A stretch of DNA of 54,161 nt, from the NCBI GenBank assembly GCA_964482785.1, contig CAYZYR010000002.1, positions 1-54,161 on the forward strand, given 5' to 3'. The position numbers were made by a program, and so were the translations under genes. The stretch comes from an uncultured Candidatus Saccharibacteria bacterium. Lineage in GTDB: Bacteria > Patescibacteriota > UBA1384 > VFKW01. Below the pieces are notes generated by a model, which saw only the letters and a program-made list of their open reading frames with translations, made no database searches and was not told the DNA's origin. This document shows positions 27,721-36,676 of this stretch, piece after piece. Every line of letters begins with the position of its first letter. Positions within the stretch are counted from its first letter, which is position 1.

Positions 27721-27973
27721 TTTCTAGCCACACAATATCCTGCCAGCTACTTGGCTTCCCAACAAAAATACTATATAATATTCCAAACACTGGCATGACA
27801 TTTTTTCATATGTTTACCAATAAATACACCAAAAGAGACATACTTTAGTGAAGAAAGAGCAGTATAGTTTGCTCGCCATCGCAGACATGGTAATTGCAAG
27901 CCTTGTTAAAACTTACCGTAAGTTCTTCGTCTTCAATCATAATTATCCCAATTCATATATTCACCTCCTTCAA

Positions 27974-28021
27974 TAAAAAACCAGCAAAATAAACCCCAAG
28001 TCTGTCACTCAGGGTTTATTT
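27974..28021 (-). terminator. Rho-independent terminator of the SOD gene
   Basis: Minus strand reads AAATAAACCC-15 nt-GGGTTTATTT followed by TGCTGGTTTTTT. Confidence 0.55.
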
Positions 28022-28052
28022 ATTATATTTAAGCAAAATCATATCCAAACGA

Positions 28053-28652
28053 CTAAACCTCCACAAACCTCTCATACACCTTATCCCAGTTTACAATCTC
28101 CCAAAATCTCTCCACATACTCCGCCCTCTTATTTTTATAATCCAAATAATAAGCATGTTCCCACGCATCCAAAACCATCAAAATCTTAAAATCCGGAAAA
28201 ACATTTACATTATGCTTCTCAATCTGCATGATCATAATTCTATCCGTTAGACGACATTTTGTCATAACCGCCCAACCCGATCCCTCTACCTTAACCCCCG
28301 CCTCGCTAAATTCTTGCTTAAACCTATGAACCGAGCCAAAATCTTTCTCGATAGCCACCTTCAATTCTTCGCTCATCTCTCCACCCTTGCCCACCGGCGC
28401 CAAATTTTCCCAAAATAAACTATGCAGAACATGCCCTCCGATATTAAACGACAGCGCCTTTGCCATCGCCTTCACATCAAAATCAATATCATCCGCTCGT
28501 GCCTTGTCCATCTTTTCCAAGATCTCATTTGCCCCATCAACATACGCTCTGTGATGCTTGTCGTGATGCAAAACCAACTGCTTTTCCGAAATCACTGGCT
28601 CCAACCCGGAGTTCCCATAAGGTAAATCCGGCAAAGTATAAAATTTGTCCAT
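28053..28652 (-). CDS. Fe/Mn superoxide dismutase
   Basis: [13 protein letters not shown]...[11 protein letters not shown]...[19 protein letters not shown]. Confidence 0.95.
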   Translation of the reverse strand: MDKFYTLPDLPYGNSGLEPVISEKQLVLHHDKHHRAYVDGANEILEKMDKARADDIDFDVKAMAKALSFNIGGHVLHSLFWENLAPVGKGGEMSEELKVAIEKDFGSVHRFKQEFSEAGVKVEGSGWAVMTKCRLTDRIMIMQIEKHNVNVFPDFKILMVLDAWEHAYYLDYKNKRAEYVERFWEIVNWDKVYERFVEV

Positions 28653-29536
28653 AAAAGCTCCTTTTTAAAACCACTTTACCTATTATAATTATCCAATAAT
28701 ATATTTAATTCTCCAAACATTATACCATCCTCCTGCGTCCGATCCTATCGCTCTGAAATCTCCTAAATCCATTAATCCAACAGTGTACGTCGCACATGAT
28801 CCAGATTATATTCATCACTCATTCAGACGCCACAATAGCCATTATACACTCATCTCTTCTATCAGATATTAATTACTGGATTATGTTCGTCCGCTAATTT
28901 CCCAAGCTTGACAACACTATAGAACCCGGCGACGAGCATAGTCCCCACCAGATTAACAAAATTCATAACCCCCTTCATCTTTTCGACAAAACCGCCATAA
29001 ACGAAACCGTTGTTTCCAAAACTAATACGTCCATAATCTCATCAGAGCTTCCCTTTTTATCAAACAACACCATAAAATGATGAAATACGGATACTTACAG
29101 ATGTATAAGTTCTAGGCGATAACTTACTTATTATAACTATCGAGAAAGCTACATATCGCTCCATCCACTGGCAACATTTTTTCTTCGATATATCACTTAA
29201 CCTAGCCAAAAGGGAAATATCCATATACATCCGCTCTGCTATTAACCTGATAAGCCTCAACCGCAATCATCAGACCACAACCTATTCCAAATACCACCCC
29301 GTCTCCATACCATTACAGTACTACACCGATTCCAACACAAACCACAAATACATCAACATCGTCTTTTTGTAATGACATACCGCTAATACCCGCTCGGATT
29401 TTTCAACTCCGCTCGGCTCGCCTCATAAATAGTTTTTTGTAAATATCAGTTGTCCGGCCATTTTAGAACGCCATCCATTCTAACAAACGATATTGTAATA
29501 TATATTAAAATTTATCAAAACTTTACGACATAAAAT

Positions 29537-29565
29537 TTGACAGATTTAAAAATACAAAATATTAT
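29537..29565 (+). promoter_or_regulatory. Sigma70-like promoter of TrmB-like paralog 2
   Basis: TTGACA, 17 nt, then TATTAT. It is followed by the inverted repeat TAGTCG-8 nt-CGACTA (possible operator). Confidence 0.45.
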
Positions 29566-29627
29566 TAATTTAGTCGGTATTCTACGACTATAAATTAACC
29601 GCTTAAAATTTAACATCGGAGACATTT

Positions 29628-30365
29628 ATGAACCATCTAAAATCCCTTGAGAAAATGGGCTTAAATAATAAAGAACAAGAAATCTATATAACTCTTCTCC
29701 AACTCGAAAAAGCCACCGCCAACCAAATCGCCGAAAGATCAAAACAAAAGCGCCCCACCACCTATGACATCCTCTATCGCCTCCAAGACCAGGGCTTTAT
29801 TTACGAAACAAAAGAAAACAACAAACGATATTTCATCGCCAACTCTCCCGAGACGCTCTTAAAATTAGTCGAAGACCAAAAAAGAAACCTCGAAGCCGAC
29901 CTCCCCGCCCTCCTGTCTATCTACAACACCAACCCCAAAAAACCCAAAATAGCCTATTTTGAATGGTACGAAGGCATAAAATTATTTTACGAAGACACAT
30001 TATCAACCCTTAAAAAAGGCGACGAAATAATGGCTTGCGCTACTAATGAAACCATCGAGTATCTCGAGTCATACTCCGCCAACTACGTCCAAAGACGCAT
30101 TCAAAAAGGCATTCATTTGAAAGGAATATACCAAGACACACCTGATCTAAGAAAATACCTTGAACATAATGACGACCAACTTCGAACCTCAAAAGTTGTA
30201 AAAGCCGAAAAATTTCCCCTCAAAAACGAGATAAATATCTATGGCAACAAAATCATTATTATCACCTATTCGCCTCAGCCTTACGGTATTCTTATCGAAT
30301 CAAAAGAAATCGCCGACACCCAACGTGCCATCTTCAACCTCGCCTGGAACAGTATTAAAGACTAA
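29628..30365 (+). CDS. TrmB-like transcriptional regulator, paralog 2
   Basis: Same architecture as 14108..14878. It ends INIYGNKIIIITYSPQPYGILIESKEIADTQRAIFNLAW. Confidence 0.75.
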   Translation: MNHLKSLEKMGLNNKEQEIYITLLQLEKATANQIAERSKQKRPTTYDILYRLQDQGFIYETKENNKRYFIANSPETLLKLVEDQKRNLEADLPALLSIYNTNPKKPKIAYFEWYEGIKLFYEDTLSTLKKGDEIMACATNETIEYLESYSANYVQRRIQKGIHLKGIYQDTPDLRKYLEHNDDQLRTSKVVKAEKFPLKNEINIYGNKIIIITYSPQPYGILIESKEIADTQRAIFNLAWNSIKD

Positions 30366-30553
30366 TTATCCAAATCTATCCATTTATACAATAGAGCTAT
30401 TAGTACAGCCCAATATCGATCAAAAAAATCTGGTGATTAACTCAATCAAGCTTTTTTACTATAAAATTTTTACTGTAAAAAAAGCGTCCACAGTTCCCAG
30501 ATATATTCCTGGTATTAAGCGGACGCCACAAACAAACCGACCCATTTTGCTGC

Positions 30554-30805
30554 TCACGCAGCGAGCCTAACCTCTTCATCATCAATCGCCTCCGTACGAT
30601 CCTCTATAATCTCATTCGCCTTTTCGGCAACAGCCTCCGACTGTTTTACAGAGAAAAAGCCTGATATTATAACATAGACCCCTTCACTGTCAGAATGGAT
30701 AATAGTACCAAGTCCGAGTGTTCTGACGTATCGTACCAGACGATTTCTAGCCTGATGACTAGAAACTAGAAAAGAGAGTTTTTCAGGTGGGTACAATTGA
30801 CTCAT
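30554..30805 (-). CDS. Hypothetical small protein (start uncertain)
   Basis: The track ORF extends to 30985 but would overlap the divergent gene. ATG 30805 directly abuts AAAGGAG, which is poor spacing. I recognise no family. Confidence 0.4.
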   Translation of the reverse strand: MSQLYPPEKLSFLVSSHQARNRLVRYVRTLGLGTIIHSDSEGVYVIISGFFSVKQSEAVAEKANEIIEDRTEAIDDEEVRLAA

Positions 30806-30876
30806 CTCCTTTTTTTGAAAAGTCACTCTGTTTATAACACACATTAACATATTATCAAGAGATCGTTCATATAAAG

Positions 30877-30905
30877 TTGAAAAATTACAAATAAGAACAT
30901 AAAAT
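30877..30905 (+). promoter_or_regulatory. Sigma70-like promoter of the 30938 ORFan
   Basis: TTGAAA, 17 nt, then TAAAAT. AGGGGG precedes ATG 30938. Confidence 0.4.
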
Positions 30906-30937
30906 AATTCTAACGCAAAAAGCAGGGGGTCACTGAT

Positions 30938-31345
30938 ATGTGCAAGCTTACTGCAGACAATGGAGGTTTGCTCTATTACGAGCAAGCCATCGACAAGCTA
31001 GAGGGCAATGAAGCTCCAAAGAAACTAATCGACTGGGCTACGGACACTCTCAAGACTACATCAAAATTCCTCAAAGATGTCGAGGGAGAAGAAAAGTCCA
31101 TTAATGAACAATCAACCATAGGCTTCATCGCCCGAACACTAAAGTCGAACAGCCTAACCTGGGCAGATATTGATGACTGGATCATCGTAATCAAAGCCGA
31201 TCCAAGCAGTATCATAGAGTTCCTAAAACTCCTGTTTGGAACCGAGCACAACAAAAGCGACTCGGTAGAGCCTGGGGTAACAATACCCTCTAAAAGAGCC
31301 TTAGAGCTCATAGAAGACGAGCTCAAATCACTACTCCAAAAATAA
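30938..31345 (+). CDS. Hypothetical protein (ORFan)
   Basis: 135-aa ORF with an SD and a strong terminator. Confidence 0.55.
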   Translation: MCKLTADNGGLLYYEQAIDKLEGNEAPKKLIDWATDTLKTTSKFLKDVEGEEKSINEQSTIGFIARTLKSNSLTWADIDDWIIVIKADPSSIIEFLKLLFGTEHNKSDSVEPGVTIPSKRALELIEDELKSLLQK

Positions 31346-31377
31346 CTCGCTTCAATCGACCAACCCTCACAAAGCAA

Positions 31378-31410
31378 GCCGGCGCTTTCCATAGCGCCGG
31401 CCGTTATTTT
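31378..31410 (+). terminator. Rho-independent terminator
   Basis: GCCGGCGCT-TTCCAT-AGCGCCGGC followed by CGTTATTTT. Confidence 0.6.
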
Positions 31411-31658
31411 ATATAGAAAAGCGTCTCATATTAAAGCAAGACAAATCATAAGACGTAGAAGTCTACAGAAGGTTCTGGATCAAATCCGTCCAAAAAATGT
31501 CGCCCGGCTCCATCGACTACGTCGCCGGTGCTATCGGCGCCTTATGGTTTGAGTATTTCGTTCCCCAGAACGAATAAAAAATGCCAGTAAATACGTAAAA
31601 AAAGCAAATCGTCTGGGAAAAGAACACCTTCGAGGAAACCAGCATCGAACAGAAATTA

Positions 31659-32143
31659 TTAAACCAATCCCCTAACCCTATCAAACTGGTCTTTAGCATT
31701 AGAAACATACAATTCAGGTTTGACATCGGCCTCATCTCTAAGTACAAAAACATTTCTCTCAAATGCAACTGCGCTCGCAACGTCCCAAATCCCCCTGTAG
31801 AAACCCCTATAATCCTCACAGGTTTACCTCGCCACGCATTAGACCCGTATTTATGGTCTAGAAATGCTGTCCAAAACATTCTTGAGAACACCAAAAACAG
31901 AGTAATTATGCTCCGGAGTAACAAGCATCACCTCATTGGCTAACCTAATATCCTTTTTTAATAAAACAACCGCATTCGGCTGGCTATTGTCCATATCTTG
32001 ATTATACAAAGAAATATAGAAATATCGTAAACAGATATCTCCATTTCTTCCGGCGCCAACCTAATAGCTTCATTCAGAAGCATTTTATTATAAGATTTTT
32101 CCCTTAAACTCCCAGCTATACCTATAATATTTAACATTTCCAT
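31659..32143 (-). pseudogene. NADPH-dependent FMN reductase (SsuE/flavodoxin-like fold) pseudogene with multiple frameshifts
   Basis: Homologous segments sit in three frames. They are MEMLNIIGIAGSLREKSYNKMLLNEAIRLAPEEMEISVYDIS, then LYNQDMDNSQPNAVVLLKKDIRLANEVMLVTPEHNYSVFGVLKNVLDSISRP*, then WRGKPVRIIGVSTGGFGTLRAQLHLREMFLYLEM, then KPELYVSNAKDQFDRVRGLV*. Track ORFs 31958..32143 and 31517..31924 are fragments of it. Confidence 0.7.
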
Positions 32144-32213
32144 AATAAAACCAATATCAAATAAAAGAAGTAACTTTAATAGTCAAAATGACCGTAAACT
32201 TTCCCTGTGCTAC

Positions 32214-32242
32214 TTGACAAAATAGGAATAATATACTAATAT
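32214..32242 (+). promoter_or_regulatory. Sigma70-like promoter of the 32286 cassette
   Basis: TTGACA, 17 nt, then TAATAT. Confidence 0.45.
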
Positions 32243-32285
32243 TTAATGTCGTAAATGACAAATACCGGTTCAGGATGACCTTAAA

Positions 32286-32714
32286 ATGCTATTTCTTGAA
32301 GCGAAAGTAAAGTTCGCCGTGATGGGCGGAGCTGCTGCCCTCTTCATCGTCGGAGGAACACTGTTCGGGATTCCCCTTTGGGAATCTGTCTTCAGTGGCG
32401 CTAGTTTCGCCGCCTTTATAGACATGACAACCCCTAGTATAGCCCTGGGGCGCCTTCCTACAAGGAGGCAGGAGAGAAACTATGCCGTAATACAGCTAAT
32501 ACTCGGTATAGCCTATTTCCTTGTCGCCACACTGGTAGCATCAATTTCAGCCTACCTGGGGATCATCTCAGGTATACAGGCACAACCCGGCCTCTTCGGC
32601 CACGAGCTCTTCACGGTAGTCATGGTGTCCAGCCTCGGACTCTTCGTCTTCGGCTTGACTTATCTGATCAGATCAACAAAACCGATCAAATCGGCCGTCA
32701 TCACTACGCTCTAA
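32286..32714 (+). CDS. Hypothetical integral membrane protein (4 TM)
   Basis: 142-aa hydrophobic ORF, GC-rich. Confidence 0.6.
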   Translation: MLFLEAKVKFAVMGGAAALFIVGGTLFGIPLWESVFSGASFAAFIDMTTPSIALGRLPTRRQERNYAVIQLILGIAYFLVATLVASISAYLGIISGIQAQPGLFGHELFTVVMVSSLGLFVFGLTYLIRSTKPIKSAVITTL

Positions 32715-32753
32715 GAGCCTACACAATCCAAAGGAGAACAAGGAGAGCCTGGT

Positions 32754-32807
32754 ATGAAGAAAATCAGTATTATGACTGTCCTGATCATCGTTGCTGTAAC
32801 CCTCTGA
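32754..32807 (+). other. 17-codon hydrophobic mini-ORF with a strong SD, terminated by TGA
   Basis: AAGGAGAG lies 6 nt before the ATG. The product is MKKISIMTVLIIVAVTL*. The same frame continues TVAIPAFAKASARSMAHECR*, which resembles a pilin helix. Confidence 0.35.
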
Positions 32808-32860
32808 ACGGTAGCCATACCTGCCTTCGCCAAGGCCTCAGCCAGATCTATGGCACACGA

Positions 32861-33130
32861 GTGCCGTTAGAGCCTTACAGTATCCGCGAAGATCCCTACT
32901 GTTGGATAGAAGATTGGACTAGATACACATACCAGAAGAGCATGTCCCCCTCAGACCTGCAAAAGCAGATCAAGTATGAAATATCCAAGCACCACTGCCC
33001 CTGCGGCGGTACCTACAAACTAGTTATAGTCAACGAGGAATTCGACATCGTCTGTTCCATCGGCAAGAACACCAACGGGGACACACAGTCTGTCCATGGC
33101 ATAAGCTACATAGAACTCCTCAAAAAGTAA
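32861..33130 (+). CDS. Hypothetical small Cys-containing protein
   Basis: 89-aa ORF with a GTG start and no SD. The start overlaps the TAG that ends the continued upstream frame. A terminator follows. Confidence 0.45.
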   Translation: MPLEPYSIREDPYCWIEDWTRYTYQKSMSPSDLQKQIKYEISKHHCPCGGTYKLVIVNEEFDIVCSIGKNTNGDTQSVHGISYIELLKK

Positions 33131-33152
33131 ACGAAAATCCATCAGAACTAAC

Positions 33153-33192
33153 AAAAAGCCCCTGGCGCATCAAATGCGCCGAGGGCTTTTTT
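33153..33192 (+). terminator. Rho-independent terminator
   Basis: AAAAGCCCCTGGCGCAT-CAA-ATGCGCCGAGGGCTTTT followed by TT. Confidence 0.6.
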
Positions 33193-33263
33193 CATTATAA
33201 CCACAAATATCCAAATCATCGCAATCAATCGACATTAAACCAAATAACATTAAACAGAAATTC

Positions 33264-33911
33264 CTATTTAGCCTTCCCCCGCATTTTCTTAAAAAATTCC
33301 TGATAACGCTTCACCGCTTGTGGCGCATAAGTCACGATAGCAATAAGTTTATCGCCCCAAACCAGATTAGCAACCACCTCCTTCATAATAATCATACCTA
33401 TCGGCACATCCTGATCTATCATTTTTACCTGTAAATCATGCACATTCACATAAATCTTTCGAACATCATCAATCACGCTTTCATAAACAATCGTCTTGTC
33501 CTCAACCTCATTATGAGTCAGTTCGTCATGAAAATTCGCAAAAAATTGCCTCATTTCCGCTTCTTGGCATTCTTCTCTAAAAGCAAAAGACCAGTAAAAA
33601 TCCCCCTTTTTTAGCTTCTCACGCAATTCATAAAAAAGACCAGTAAAAGCGCTCTTCCCCTGATAAACAGTTATCAGCTTATTGCCCAAGGTATCTACAA
33701 TAACATTCTCATCTTTTCTAAAATTAAAAGCCCCCTTGCCTATCCCCTGTCTTCCAATCAGATTATATAACCTAAGCCGACCGAGTGGCTGCTTCGCTGT
33801 TGGATGAGGAATATTCAAAGCCCTAGAAACCTGACCCACAGACCAATTTTCCTGCCGATCAAACAGTTTCAAAATATTCCTCTGATTGATAGAAAGTTTT
33901 TCAATCTCCAT
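33264..33911 (-). CDS. Short TrmB-like/wHTH regulator, paralog 3
   Basis: N-terminal wHTH. The middle segment YQGKSAFTGLFYELREKLKKGDFYWSFA aligns with YEGIKLFYEDTLSTLKKGDEIMACA of paralog 2. Confidence 0.6.
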   Translation of the reverse strand: MEIEKLSINQRNILKLFDRQENWSVGQVSRALNIPHPTAKQPLGRLRLYNLIGRQGIGKGAFNFRKDENVIVDTLGNKLITVYQGKSAFTGLFYELREKLKKGDFYWSFAFREECQEAEMRQFFANFHDELTHNEVEDKTIVYESVIDDVRKIYVNVHDLQVKMIDQDVPIGMIIMKEVVANLVWGDKLIAIVTYAPQAVKRYQEFFKKMRGKAK

Positions 33912-33970
33912 AAAACCTCCTTTTAAATATCCAAAAATATCCTAATACCACTATAACAAACTAAATAATA

Positions 33971-33999
33971 AAAAAATCCGGTAGTTTTCACTCTACCGG
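33971..33999 (-). terminator. Rho-independent terminator
   Basis: Minus strand reads CCGGTAG-AGTGAAAA-CTACCGG followed by ATTTTTTT. Confidence 0.6.
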
Positions 34000-34307
34000 A
34001 CTAGAGACGGAACAAAATCCCCAACAGCAATACTCCCCTCTCTACAAGCAAAATCAATAATAGACCCAACAATACCGCTACCTTTGGACATAATAATATC
34101 CGGAAACTCAACTTCGACTCTTCCATATACAGCCGCATAAGCAACAAGAACTCTTGATAAGCCAGACATATCTAATTTAGTGCACGTCCTTAGCCCTATT
34201 TCTCACCGTTCTCAGCCCAACCAAAACAATAGAAGACAATAACCCAATTATAGAAACCACAATCATAAGCTCAACCAGAGTAAAAGCCTTTTTCTATGAT
34301 TTGGCAT
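33993..34307 (-). pseudogene. Small type IV pilin gene disrupted by frameshifts
   Basis: ATG 34307 follows GAGAGAGG and gives MPNHRKR. The pilin helix FTLVELMIVVSIIGLLSSIVLVGLRTVRNRAKDVH* is offset +1 by an extra T in GGCTTTTACT. The C-terminal part (LDMSGLSRVLVAYAAVYGRVEVEFPD...) lies in a third frame. Confidence 0.55.
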
Positions 34308-34358
34308 AACCTCTCTCGAAAGTATATTTATTACATCTTACCAATTAATATACAATTA

Positions 34359-34387
34359 TTGTAAGATATTAAAATTTAGTGTATAAT
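34359..34387 (+). promoter_or_regulatory. Sigma70-like promoter of the rpsF-ssb-rpsR operon with a ~180-nt leader
   Basis: TTGTAA, 17 nt, then TATAAT. The leader contains a GCTTG-CCG-CAAGC hairpin. Confidence 0.4.
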
Positions 34388-34565
34388 TAATCTACTTTTC
34401 GCCAAAAAGTGTTCCAAAATTAACCAAAATATATAAATCCCTCGTGGATTTTATATTGGTGTAATTAAACACACAAAAAACATCTAAAGCATGCGGACAA
34501 ACTTAAATCGCTTGCCGCAAGCAGCAGCTCAGACAAGTAATAATCTAGATCAGATCGGAGTTTAA

Positions 34566-35195
34566 GTGAATCGATACGAACTAACCATTATCACCAACCA
34601 AGACGGCCAGACAGAAAACTTTACCAGCGTTATCGCCGACCTTGGCGGACGAGTCGAAGACGTTAAGGAAATAGGCAATCGCCGATTAGCATACCCTATC
34701 AAGAAACAGCATTCCGGCATCTACATTTCTTACATCTTCACCATCGAGCCTTCAAAAATACTCGAATTAAACAAAAAATTATTCGGCAATTCTCTAGTTC
34801 TTCGCCATCTCATCATTACCAAGAAAGCTGTAAAAACCGAATATATCTCTAAACCTCCCGAAGAATTAGCTAAGCCGACTAAAGAAACTAAGTCTAAAGA
34901 ATCAAAAAAAGAAGCCCCCGAAGGATTAGAAATCAAAGAAGAAAAACCAAAGAAAGAAACCAAGAAAAAGGAAGAAAAGCCAGAAGAAAAAAAAGAGAAA
35001 ACCAAGGAAGAAATAGTTGAAGTCAAAGAAGAAATAAAAGAAATCAAGGAAGAGATCAAAGAAACAAAAGAAGAAATAAAAGAAGTTAGAAAAGAAAAAA
35101 ATACTCAAAAAGCCCAAAAAACAGAAGAAAAAGGCGAAGAAGAAGATAGACTTAAAAAACTAAACGAAAAACTCGACGAACTCTTAAAAGACTAA
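34566..35195 (+). CDS. rpsF: 30S ribosomal protein S6 with a ~110-aa Lys/Glu-rich repeat tail
   Basis: GTG start. YELTIITNQDG...GRVEDVKEIGNRRLAYPIKKQHSGIYISYIF is S6. The tail has KEEIKE-type tandem repeats. Confidence 0.9.
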   Translation: MNRYELTIITNQDGQTENFTSVIADLGGRVEDVKEIGNRRLAYPIKKQHSGIYISYIFTIEPSKILELNKKLFGNSLVLRHLIITKKAVKTEYISKPPEELAKPTKETKSKESKKEAPEGLEIKEEKPKKETKKKEEKPEEKKEKTKEEIVEVKEEIKEIKEEIKETKEEIKEVRKEKNTQKAQKTEEKGEEEDRLKKLNEKLDELLKD

Positions 35196-35255
35196 TAAAA
35201 TTAAACTAGTCCATGATATAAACCTAATTGCTTTCTAAAGCAGAAAGGAGCAAAT

Positions 35256-35771
35256 ATGTTCTCCTTAAACCGAGCCATGGTTATCGGCAATCTAACCCGA
35301 GATCCGGAAATAAGATACACCCCGAACGGACAATCGGTAGCCTCATTTTCAGTCGCCACCAACAGACGATGGAAAGGCCAAAACGGCGAGATACAGGATG
35401 ACACGCAGTATCATGAAATAGTTGCCTGGGGTAAGCTCGGCGAAATAGCCGCCCAAACTCTCAAAAAAGGTAAAAGAGCTTACGTCGAAGGAAGACTCCA
35501 GACTCGCTCCTGGGAAGCTCCAGATGGATCAAAACGACAAAGGACCGAGATTATCGCTGAAAACCTTATTGCCCTCAGCCCTAAGTCTGAAGGAAGCTTC
35601 GAAACCAGCCCAGACTTCCTCGGAGGTGACACCACCAGCGCCCCCAGCCCAAGAAAGACAAGCAAAAGCCCATCTGTCCCCACTTCAAACGAAAAGAGCG
35701 CTAAAAACGATTCTGGAGACGATCTCTTCGAGAACGACAACGAAATTAAATTAGAAGATATTCCATTTTAG
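35256..35771 (+). CDS. ssb: Single-stranded DNA-binding protein
   Basis: NRAMVIGNLTRDPEIRYTPNGQSVASFSVATNRRW OB fold, with an acidic tip ending DIPF. Confidence 0.95.
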   Translation: MFSLNRAMVIGNLTRDPEIRYTPNGQSVASFSVATNRRWKGQNGEIQDDTQYHEIVAWGKLGEIAAQTLKKGKRAYVEGRLQTRSWEAPDGSKRQRTEIIAENLIALSPKSEGSFETSPDFLGGDTTSAPSPRKTSKSPSVPTSNEKSAKNDSGDDLFENDNEIKLEDIPF

Positions 35772-35831
35772 TTCCGCCGCCGCCGAGCGATCTGCAGCAA
35801 CCCGGAACAGACCAATAAGAAAGGAAAATAA

Positions 35832-36050
35832 ATGGCTAGACAACAAAGAGGTAAACAATGCAATTTCTGCAAGAAAAAAGTCGCTGAAATTGATTACAAA
35901 GACGCCGCCCTCATCCAGAAATACTTAAGCGGCTGGGCCAAAATAAAATCCGCCCGCGAATCAGGCAACTGCTCCAAACACCAACGACAGATAACCGACG
36001 CCATCAAACACGCCCGCTTCATGGCCTTATTGCCGTTCACAACCAGATAA
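35832..36050 (+). CDS. rpsR: 30S ribosomal protein S18
   Basis: CNFCKKKVAEIDYKD...LQKYLS...KI..ARESGNCSKHQRQITDAIKHARFMALLPF. Confidence 0.95.
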   Translation: MARQQRGKQCNFCKKKVAEIDYKDAALIQKYLSGWAKIKSARESGNCSKHQRQITDAIKHARFMALLPFTTR

Positions 36051-36066
36051 TCCAAAAAGGAGCGCC

Positions 36067-36627
36067 ATGTTATCAATATCAGATATCAAAGTTGGCACGA
36101 TAATTATGTGGAGAGACACTCCCCATGAAGCCGTTTTCGTCGAACACTCAAAACAAGGCCGCGGCGGCGCCATTTTGCGCACAAAGCTCCGAAATCTCGA
36201 AAACGGTGCCATTGTCGACAATACCTTCAAAGGCGCCGACAAAGTCGACCCCGCTGAGCTAAATTACCGAAAAGGCCAGTACCTCTACGCCGAAGGCGAT
36301 AACTACGTTTTTATGGACAACGACACTTTCGAGCAAACCGAACTCCCTTCTTCTATCATCGGCCCCAGCGCCAAATTCATGACCGAAGGATTGCCAATCG
36401 ATCTTGTCTTCATAAACGGTAAAGTCGTCAACGCCCGCATTCCAGTTAAAGTCGACCTAAAAGTTACCTACACCGAACCCGGATTTAAAGGCGATACTCA
36501 ATCAACCGCCTTAAAGCCGGCTACTCTTGAAACAGGCGCTGAAATAATGGTTCCTCTTTTCATCGGCAATAACGAAATGATCAGAGTAAATACCGGTACC
36601 GGCTCCTACGTCGAGCGCGTAAAATAA
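36067..36627 (+). CDS. efp: Elongation factor P
   Basis: ISDIKVGTIIMWRDTPHEAVFVEHSKQGRGGAILRTKLRNLENGA; 186 aa. Confidence 0.95.
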   Translation: MLSISDIKVGTIIMWRDTPHEAVFVEHSKQGRGGAILRTKLRNLENGAIVDNTFKGADKVDPAELNYRKGQYLYAEGDNYVFMDNDTFEQTELPSSIIGPSAKFMTEGLPIDLVFINGKVVNARIPVKVDLKVTYTEPGFKGDTQSTALKPATLETGAEIMVPLFIGNNEMIRVNTGTGSYVERVK

Positions 36628-36676
36628 GATTAAATAAACCTTAAATAATAGTTTTCTATCTATAAATTACGGAACA

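Noticed and set aside
31517-31924. 135-aa ORF as an intact gene
   Set aside because: Only its middle segment (GKPVRIIGVSTGGFGTLRAQLHLREMF) is homologous to FMN reductase. The rest is out-of-frame read-through of the pseudogene.
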